From an uncultured Candidatus Saccharibacteria bacterium (lineage in GTDB: Bacteria > Patescibacteriota > JACPGU01), in the NCBI GenBank assembly GCA_964355795.1, contig CAYHEQ010000002.1, positions 1 through 32,351 of the forward strand: a DNA stretch of 32,351 nucleotides. The letters are read 5' to 3'. A program made the translations under genes and the position numbers. Below the pieces are notes generated by a model, which searched no databases, was not told the DNA's origin, and worked only from the letters and a program-made list of their open reading frames with translations. Below, piece after piece: positions 25,439 through 32,351 of this stretch. Position 1 is the stretch's first letter. Each line of letters starts with the position of its first letter.

Positions 25439-27108
25439 AAAAATTATTAAAAAAGATTTTTTCAAAAAAAGCATGGGGATATGCCCCGTACTTTTTACTT
25501 GTCTTGACGGTTGTTTTGCCTTGGTTTTTTCACTCCGGTTATCTTTTTTTCACTGATTTTGTTGTGGGGCCAAACCTACAGATCAATTGGCTTACCTCTA
25601 GTATTATATCTGATTTATTTTTAAATTTTTTTGGTCTTTTTCTTCCGCCTGATTTAGCCCAAAAATTTCTTATTACGACGATATTGCTATTTTTGGTTTT
25701 TGCCGGCAAGAGGCTCGGTTCTGTCTTATTGCCCAAAAAGCCAGCTTTAGTTTTTTTGGTTAGCGCTTTTTTTATTTTTAATCCTTTCGTCTATGATCGG
25801 ATGGGGTACGGACAATTTGGCCTTGTCTTGGCGATGGGGCTTATGACTTTTGCTGTCAGCTATCTTGTTGAGTATTTAGAAAAAAAGCAAAATAAGCAGA
25901 TTTTGCTAGCCGGTGTCTTTTCTGGCTTCTCTATACTTTTTGTTGTTCACTTTGTTTTTTTCAATCTTATTTTTTATTCCCTATTTCTTATTATCACCAT
26001 CATCAGGCGCAGAGAGTATGCGTGGAAGAAGCTCATCCCTAGTCTTTTGTTAGTTCTGTTGATTGTCTCGGCTATAAATTTCAGCTTAATTGTCGGTTTT
26101 TTTCTCAATTATTTGGGTGGCAAAGATTTTTTAAACACGGAGATTACCAGGCAAGACTTTATCGCTTTTCAAACAGTCGGTCGCGATATTTGGCAGGCTT
26201 TTTCTAATGTTTTCCTAATGGGAGGATTTTGGGGTAAAGACCAGTACCGCTATATTGATCTAACCCTTATGACTCAAAGTTGGGGCAGGAGCTTTATCAT
26301 CCTTTTGCCTATTATGATGTGGGGGGTCATCGCTACTTTTCGAGACAAAAAAAGAAAAAACTTTGCCATCGGCTTAGTGATTATAGCCCTTGTCGCGATA
26401 TTCCTAGCTCTTGGAGTTAGAACGGGCATTGGGGAGAAAGTTACTTTTTTCCTCTTTGATCGCCTGCCTTTTTATAAAGGTATGCGCGAGACGCAAAAGT
26501 GGGTTTCGGTGTTGGTAATTTGTTACGGGATGTTTCTCGCTTGGGGATTGGATGCTTTGTTCTCAACAAAGTTGGTAAAGAAGCATAGCTTTTTGTTTGT
26601 AGTTATTTTGCTAGTTACTATTGCTATGCAAGCGCCCCTGATGTTCTGGGGTATGAGAGGGCAATTTCAGCCCACCAATTATCCTGCCGATTGGCAGGAT
26701 ATAAATAAGTTTATAAAGCTAGAAAGCTACAAAGCTAAAAGTAAAGAATGCGATGAGAAGATTTTGTTCTTACCGTGGCACACCTATATGAGCTTTGGAT
26801 TTACCGGCAGAATAGTTGCAAATCCTGCTCGGAATTTTTTTCAATGCCCAGTCATTTCTGGCACCAACATGGAGTGGGGGGGGATTTATGATAATAGTGG
26901 AAAAAAGGAAGGAGAGCTAGTAAGTAAATGGTTGGACGCCAAGGGGGACACAGACCTTTTGAAGAAAAATGAGCTCAATATCGGTTACGTTATCTTGGCC
27001 AAAGATGTTGACTGGGCTAATTATTCTTGGCTGAAAGAGAGAAAGGAACAAATGATGGCTATCAGGGAGACAGATCATTTAATCCTCTATGGGGCTATCA
27101 ATGAATAA
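25435..27108 (+). CDS. Polytopic membrane protein, putative GT-C fold
   Basis: GYLFFTD first loop, FNPFVYDR, MRETQKW, C-terminal soluble domain (YPADW…ILFLPW); ATGA coupling. Confidence 0.6.
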   Translation: MKKLLKKIFSKKAWGYAPYFLLVLTVVLPWFFHSGYLFFTDFVVGPNLQINWLTSSIISDLFLNFFGLFLPPDLAQKFLITTILLFLVFAGKRLGSVLLPKKPALVFLVSAFFIFNPFVYDRMGYGQFGLVLAMGLMTFAVSYLVEYLEKKQNKQILLAGVFSGFSILFVVHFVFFNLIFYSLFLIITIIRRREYAWKKLIPSLLLVLLIVSAINFSLIVGFFLNYLGGKDFLNTEITRQDFIAFQTVGRDIWQAFSNVFLMGGFWGKDQYRYIDLTLMTQSWGRSFIILLPIMMWGVIATFRDKKRKNFAIGLVIIALVAIFLALGVRTGIGEKVTFFLFDRLPFYKGMRETQKWVSVLVICYGMFLAWGLDALFSTKLVKKHSFLFVVILLVTIAMQAPLMFWGMRGQFQPTNYPADWQDINKFIKLESYKAKSKECDEKILFLPWHTYMSFGFTGRIVANPARNFFQCPVISGTNMEWGGIYDNSGKKEGELVSKWLDAKGDTDLLKKNELNIGYVILAKDVDWANYSWLKERKEQMMAIRETDHLILYGAINE

Positions 27109-27772
27109 AAAAAAGTTTTCAAAAATATTTCAATTATTGTCCAATGATATAGCGGAATTCTTTCCCTATTTTTTCGTTTTTTATTTGATTGCCCTTATTG
27201 TTTCTGCCCTTAATGAGTCTTGGCATCTATTTTTTTATTGGCCAGCTTTCCATTTCTTTATTGTTTTATTCGCCTTAATCGCTGTTTTTTCCGAAAATGT
27301 TCGCGAACCAATCTACAGAAAAGTAAAAAGGAGCGAACAGTTAAGGCGCGACACATTATATTTTTTTTGGTCCCCCTTTGTTCTTTTTGCCTATTCACTA
27401 AGGATATTTTTCTATATGGCGACCAAGATGGCCAAGAGGCTATACCTACTTTCTATTGAGGGGTTGACCAAAAAGAATATCTTTAGGGTGACCACCATTA
27501 TTGTTGTTTTGGCCTTTGTGCTTTACGTTGGTACCGGAGTTCTGGATTCTATCACTATATTTTACGCTCTTGTAGCAATCTTTTTTCTACTAGACCTTCG
27601 CATTAGCGCGTGGGCGACATTGATACTGCTGGCTATTTGTTCAATAGCTCTAGTCTTTAAAAAAAATGGACTGGCAGAAATCAGCGCGATTTACGCTTAT
27701 TATTTTCTGATAATTACAGTGGTATCGCAGATAAAAGAAGTCTTTTTGGATGGCAAGAGCGACAAAATTTAG
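27101..27772 (+). CDS. Hypothetical integral membrane protein
   Basis: Multiple hydrophobic helices; start at 27101 overlaps the upstream stop. Confidence 0.75.
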   Translation: MNKKKFSKIFQLLSNDIAEFFPYFFVFYLIALIVSALNESWHLFFYWPAFHFFIVLFALIAVFSENVREPIYRKVKRSEQLRRDTLYFFWSPFVLFAYSLRIFFYMATKMAKRLYLLSIEGLTKKNIFRVTTIIVVLAFVLYVGTGVLDSITIFYALVAIFFLLDLRISAWATLILLAICSIALVFKKNGLAEISAIYAYYFLIITVVSQIKEVFLDGKSDKI

Positions 27773-27919
27773 GACTTACGCGCACCCAACCTTTTCCGCA
27801 AAGATGTCCGACATCAAAGGATGCCCAGATGTCGGACATCAAAATACGCACCGAGTTTTTAGAAACAAACTAACAATCGCACGGTAATCAAAAGATAAGA
27901 TTAGGCGCGTAAGTCCTAA
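27769..27919. mobile_element. MITE-like element, 151 bp, with perfect 15-bp terminal inverted repeats
   Basis: TTAGGACTTACGCGC (27769-27783) / GCGCGTAAGTCCTAA (27905-27919); no long ORF; internal 13-bp IR. Confidence 0.7.
27803..27840. repeat. Inverted doublet GATGTCCGACATC / GATGTCGGACATC
   Basis: Perfect 13-bp IR with a 12-nt spacer; each arm is itself self-complementary. Confidence 0.85.
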
Positions 27920-27967
27920 GATTAAGAGCTAGCCAAAAAAAAGGGTGGGGATTTAGATTTTTTGGTA

Positions 27968-27995
27968 TTGCGCAGTAAGTTGTTTGTGCTATAAT
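27968..27995 (+). promoter_or_regulatory. Putative sigma70 promoter for the second surface protein
   Basis: TTGCGC, 16 nt, TATAAT with an extended -10 TG. Confidence 0.5.
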
Positions 27996-28079
27996 TTATT
28001 TAAGTATATTTTATTTTTTGTAGCACTTATTTTAATGCTTGAAAAAATGAGCTTATTTTACGAATTATTTTGTTAATAT

Positions 28080-28088
28080 TTATCCACA
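28080..28088 (+). promoter_or_regulatory. Perfect DnaA box sequence
   Basis: TTATCCACA. Confidence 0.4.
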
Positions 28089-28192
28089 GGAGACTCTTTT
28101 AGATTTGCGTCAAGTCTCAAAACAATAGTATAAACTACAAAATAATAAATTAATATAAAAATAGTTTTTAAATTAAAATAAGGGAGGTAGCC

Positions 28193-30223
28193 ATGAGGTT
28201 TAATGTTAAAGAATTTTTCAGACAAGACAGCAATTTCGCGAGAATTATTTTTTCAACATTCGTTTTGATTGCGTTTTTGTTGGTCTTTAGCCCAGCGATA
28301 GCGCAATTTTTGCGTTATGACGGGGCTACCGGTGGTTGGGGTTACGGTTATGGTTACGGTTATGGTTACGGCTATGGGACCGACGCCGGATTGCTTAGTG
28401 GCTACAAGACCGACTTTAGTGATTCAGATAAGAGTGTTTATGGTCTCGGTTATGGTTATGGTTATATGGTGGCAGCTCCTGCGGGTGGCGTGGGTGGCAC
28501 CTATACTATAACTAGCGCTGATTTGGGCAATCTGTATGTTGCCGGTTTGGTTAGTATCCCTGGCACCGACCCTACGGCGGTTGCTTCGGTTACCTTCAAT
28601 GACGCTGTGACAGTAACGGCCACTGCTAGCGCAGGCACTATATCCGTAGCTATTCCCGATGGAGCTGTTTTTACAAAGACAGCTGGTGGTAACTTTGATT
28701 TTTCTTCTGTGGCCTCATCAGACCAAACTACGGCTGCTTCTGGAGCCATCAGCAACAAGACTACTCGAGGAGCCATACAATTTGGTATTTCAAGTGTAGG
28801 TCTTACTTCTAGTGTGGCTACTACCATCAATATACCGGTTGGCGCGAGTCACGATGGCACTCTTATGACTGTTTATCAGAGTGAAACGGCCGCTTCCTCC
28901 GGGTATAGTAGCGCTAGCACTTGCATCATCGGCGCTGTGACGAGTGGTTTCTGTACCTTTACTACTACCACTTTCTCCTACTTTGCTGTAGCTGAGACTC
29001 CAAGCGGTGGCGGTGGCGGAGGCGGTGGAGGTGGAGACAGTACGGCTCCAACCGGCACTATCACTATCAATAGTGGCGATGCCAGCACCACTTCAAGAAC
29101 AGTCACCCTATCCTTTACGGCTACCGATAGTGGCGGATCAGTGCCAATCATGGGTGTATCCGCTACCTCAGATTTTGCCAACGTTTCATGGGAAGCCTAT
29201 GCTTCTAGTAAAACATGGACATTAACAGAAGGGAATGGCGTCAAGACTGTTTATGTCAAATTCAAAGATTCTTCCAGCAATATCTCTTCTGCTTTCTCTG
29301 ACACCATCACGCTTGGTAGTCAAGCTACCGATCAGGTAGTAGTGGTGCCTCCAACAACGGATACCGTGGTAGTCCCACCGGAGACCACTGTTATCCCAGT
29401 AGCGCAAAGAGTGGAAAACGGCACTTATTCTTATGAATATGTCGGTCAATCCGCTTATCCGTCCAATCTTACTCCTGGCGCTACTACTGATGTCTGGATT
29501 GAACTCAAGAATACAGGTACTTCTTATTGGTACAATTCTGGTAATAGAGTAACGCGTCTTGGAGCTGGTTCCAAATTCGGCAACAAGAATCAACAGAGAG
29601 ACTATGCGAGCGAATTTAATGACATTTCATGGGTTTCCAAGAATAGACCGGTTCAAGCGAGCAAAGCCGAGACCAAGACTAATGAAACAACCAAATTTGC
29701 TTTCAAGATCAAGGTTCCTGACAAAGCAGGTACTTACAAAGCTTACTTTACTCCAGTGGTAGACGGTTATATGTGGCTAAATGATATCGGTATTTATTGG
29801 CAGGTGACGGTATCTGGGACAGCCAATACCTATGATTGGCAGTATGTTACTCAATCTCCATATCCTGCCACAATGGCTCCTGGTGCAGAAACGGATGTCT
29901 GGGTTGAGGTCAAAAATACCGGCACAAAGACCTGGATGAATAGTGGAGGTAACCCAATTCGTCTTGGCGCCGGCAGTAGCTTTGGCAACAAGAATCAGGC
30001 GAGAGACTACACCAGTGAATTCGTGGCCGGCAATTGGCTTTCTGCCAATAGGCCAGTCTCTATTCGCGACGCTTCAGTGGCTCCTGGCGCGACTACCAAA
30101 TTTGAATTCAAGATTAAGGCTCCTTCATCAGCTGGTACTTATAAGGCCTACTTTACTCCGGTAGCCGAATTCGCTACTTGGATGAGAGACATTGGCTTGT
30201 ACTGGGAAGTGAAGGTTCAGTAA
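28193..30223 (+). CDS. Secreted surface protein (676 aa): GYGYGY tracts, beta-rich domain, poly-Gly linker, Ig-like module and two C-terminal NBR1-Ig-like-type domains
   Basis: GGGAGGT RBS; signal peptide ending SPAIA-Q; the C-terminal repeats align by eye with the N-terminal domain of the 1436-5446 protein. Confidence 0.85.
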   Translation: MRFNVKEFFRQDSNFARIIFSTFVLIAFLLVFSPAIAQFLRYDGATGGWGYGYGYGYGYGYGTDAGLLSGYKTDFSDSDKSVYGLGYGYGYMVAAPAGGVGGTYTITSADLGNLYVAGLVSIPGTDPTAVASVTFNDAVTVTATASAGTISVAIPDGAVFTKTAGGNFDFSSVASSDQTTAASGAISNKTTRGAIQFGISSVGLTSSVATTINIPVGASHDGTLMTVYQSETAASSGYSSASTCIIGAVTSGFCTFTTTTFSYFAVAETPSGGGGGGGGGGDSTAPTGTITINSGDASTTSRTVTLSFTATDSGGSVPIMGVSATSDFANVSWEAYASSKTWTLTEGNGVKTVYVKFKDSSSNISSAFSDTITLGSQATDQVVVVPPTTDTVVVPPETTVIPVAQRVENGTYSYEYVGQSAYPSNLTPGATTDVWIELKNTGTSYWYNSGNRVTRLGAGSKFGNKNQQRDYASEFNDISWVSKNRPVQASKAETKTNETTKFAFKIKVPDKAGTYKAYFTPVVDGYMWLNDIGIYWQVTVSGTANTYDWQYVTQSPYPATMAPGAETDVWVEVKNTGTKTWMNSGGNPIRLGAGSSFGNKNQARDYTSEFVAGNWLSANRPVSIRDASVAPGATTKFEFKIKAPSSAGTYKAYFTPVAEFATWMRDIGLYWEVKVQ

Positions 30224-30244
30224 AGATAAAGACAATTGAAACGA

Positions 30245-30284
30245 AAAACCCCCGCCTATTCAGCAAACTCAAGGCGGGGGTTTT
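30245..30284 (+). terminator. Intrinsic terminator
   Basis: aaaacccccgcct…aggcgggggtttt, a perfect 13-bp IR. Confidence 0.75.
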
Positions 30285-30389
30285 GATTATAACAATCAAG
30301 GTGAAAAAGGATATATCCCTCTTTTGTTTTTCGGGGAGTATAGTATACTCTAATAATCACTATCATAAAGGGAACAATCGGGTTGTTTC

Positions 30390-30635
30390 ATGCCAGAAGA
30401 TAATATCCAAATAATAAAACAGGATAATGTCGAAATACGGATTATACGAGATGAGTGTATCAGCGCCGCTATATGCTTGGTTTACGCTCCGAAGACATTT
30501 GACCTAGACGAGAAAGAGATTGCGATAATCAGAGAAGAAGCGTGGGACGATCTAGGCAAAATCATCTCGGCGGCCAAGGCCTGCCCCACCCTGGCTATTG
30601 AAGTCTACAAAGACGGGCAAAAAGTCTTCCCGTAG
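30390..30635 (+). CDS. Single-cluster ferredoxin, probably [3Fe-4S]
   Basis: CISAAIC…AP..F…AAKACP; the second Cys of CxxCxxC is replaced by Ala. Confidence 0.85.
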   Translation: MPEDNIQIIKQDNVEIRIIRDECISAAICLVYAPKTFDLDEKEIAIIREEAWDDLGKIISAAKACPTLAIEVYKDGQKVFP

Positions 30636-30647
30636 TAATTATTTTTT

Positions 30648-32351
30648 ATGGAAAAGGCTCCATCTCAAACCCAAAATACAGCGACACAAAGCGATGTCTC
30701 GCATATTGCAGTGGCGGTGGGATACCCGCCTATTCAGTCTGACAAGGGCACTCCGCTTTTGAGTCAAAATAGACAATTTCAATTCTTTAATTCCCCGACC
30801 TATATTTACCCCATGGTGCCGGCCTACGCCGCTTCCAATCTCCAGGACAAGGGCTACAAGGTCTATTGGATGGACGGTACGGCCGAGAGGAAACATTACG
30901 ACCAATGGGTAGAAGAACTTCGCGCTACGGGGGCTAATTATTTTTTACTGGAGACAAAGGCGCCGGTGGTCAAGCGACACTGGAAGATAATTGACGATCT
31001 GAAGAAAAAGATACCAGAATTAAAGATTATCTTGGTCGGCGATCATGCCACTTTCATGCCTCTGGAGAGTTTCGAAAATAGCGCGGTTGACTATATTATC
31101 AAGGGCGGGGACTATGATTTCGCCATTGTCAATCTGCTCAATCATCTTTATCGAGGAGAGGCGCTGGAAGGGGGGATATACTGGCGGGAAGGCAATTGTG
31201 ACATCCAAACTGTCTCTAGTGGCGAGACGATACTGCCTAGCGGAGAAAAGATTTACGATTCTGGGCCACTTTTGCTCAAGCATCGTCTGGACGATCTGCC
31301 CTTCGTTGATCGCGATCTGACCAAATGGAAGCTTTATGCTTACGAAAACGGCAATTACAAATACACGCCGGCCACTTATATGTATAGCGGTCGCGATTGT
31401 TGGTGGAATCGTTGCACCTTTTGTGTCTGGGATCACACGATTAATCCCGTAGGATCATATAGGAGCTTTTCTCCGGAGCGTCTCTTTGCTGAAGTTAAAT
31501 ATGTCGTGGACAATTATGGCGTCAAAGAAATCTTTGATGATGCCGGCACTTTGTTTATCGGGCCAAAACTCAAAAAATTTTGCGAATTGCTCATTGACAG
31601 CGGTTATAACAAAAAAGTTGTGTATGGTTGCAATATGCGTTTTAACGCTCTCACTCAAGATTATTACGATCTGATGAGGCGAGCTGGATTTCGCTTCATC
31701 CTCTACGGGATGGAATCGGGCAATCAAAAAACGCTAGACAAGCTCGATAAGGGGACGCAGGAGGCCGATACTATCAATGGCTCGCGTATGGCCTCCTCGG
31801 CCGGGCTGGAGCCTCACGCCACTATCATGCTCGGCTACCCGTGGGAGAGCTACGAGGATGCCAAAAGAACGATTGATGTGGCGAAATATTGCTTCAAAAA
31901 GGGCTATTTTCATACCATGCAGGCGACTATCGTGATACCTTATCCCGGCACGCCATTATGGAAAGAAGCCAAAGAAAAGGGTTGGTTACTCACGGAAGAT
32001 TATGAGGAATATGATATGCGCGGACCGGTGCTCCAGATTCCTTTCGAGGAAAAAAAGCTCATGGATCTAACGCAGAGCCTTTACTCGTCTTTTTTCTCCC
32101 CGCAGTTTATCCTTCGCAAAATTTTCAGTATTCGCAGACCGAGTGATGTCAAATTTTTCGTAATTGCAGGCAAGAAATTGATAGGACATTTGCTGGATTT
32201 CGACCCGGCGCAAACCAAGGTCAGCTTTCGTTCAAAAAGATTTTGGAAAAATGCTCTCTCAAAGTTGTTTGGCAATTTTGTCAAAAACAAGACCTCTGTT
32301 GACAAAGAAAAAGATCTCGTCAAGCTGGAAGACAGCGCCGTCAATCAATAA
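30648..32351 (+). CDS. Cobalamin-binding radical SAM protein
   Basis: B12-domain motif IILVGDHAT, GRDCWWNRCTFC (CX4CX2C), GMESGNQ and PYPGTPLW; TAA at 32349-32351. Confidence 0.9.
   Translation: MEKAPSQTQNTATQSDVSHIAVAVGYPPIQSDKGTPLLSQNRQFQFFNSPTYIYPMVPAYAASNLQDKGYKVYWMDGTAERKHYDQWVEELRATGANYFLLETKAPVVKRHWKIIDDLKKKIPELKIILVGDHATFMPLESFENSAVDYIIKGGDYDFAIVNLLNHLYRGEALEGGIYWREGNCDIQTVSSGETILPSGEKIYDSGPLLLKHRLDDLPFVDRDLTKWKLYAYENGNYKYTPATYMYSGRDCWWNRCTFCVWDHTINPVGSYRSFSPERLFAEVKYVVDNYGVKEIFDDAGTLFIGPKLKKFCELLIDSGYNKKVVYGCNMRFNALTQDYYDLMRRAGFRFILYGMESGNQKTLDKLDKGTQEADTINGSRMASSAGLEPHATIMLGYPWESYEDAKRTIDVAKYCFKKGYFHTMQATIVIPYPGTPLWKEAKEKGWLLTEDYEEYDMRGPVLQIPFEEKKLMDLTQSLYSSFFSPQFILRKIFSIRRPSDVKFFVIAGKKLIGHLLDFDPAQTKVSFRSKRFWKNALSKLFGNFVKNKTSVDKEKDLVKLEDSAVNQ

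Overview
Bacterial cell-envelope locus, probably from a Patescibacteria/CPR-type genome (inferred from gene content and repeat style; TGA is used as a stop, so not a code-25 lineage). It opens with the 3' end of mnmA and a ~1 kb structured intergenic region, followed by a 1336-aa secreted Thr/Ser/Gly/Ala-rich repeat protein (S-layer-like). Next come a TPR membrane protein and a GC-rich antisense PKD/NHL lipoprotein. A ~19 kb glycan cluster follows: Wzx flippase, four GT2, one GT4, four class I SAM methyltransferases, a B12 radical SAM, a SPASM/twitch radical SAM and two polytopic GT-C-like proteins. The window ends with a second secreted protein carrying a GYGYGY tract and two copies of the S-layer protein's N-terminal domain, a ferredoxin and another B12 radical SAM enzyme. 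Inside the cluster sits a REP-associated tyrosine transposase (RAYT) with nine full and two half copies of a 28-bp GTAG...CTAC palindrome. These copies lie at gene junctions, supply stop codons, are translated in-frame inside three genes and bracket the TPR gene as a direct repeat. At least four further palindromic element families and a MITE-like element are present. Two main hypotheses: (i) a surface-anchoring system made of a shared Trp-rich Ig-like domain plus a heavily methylated or radical-modified glycan; (ii) RAYT/REP-linked remodelling of this surface locus.
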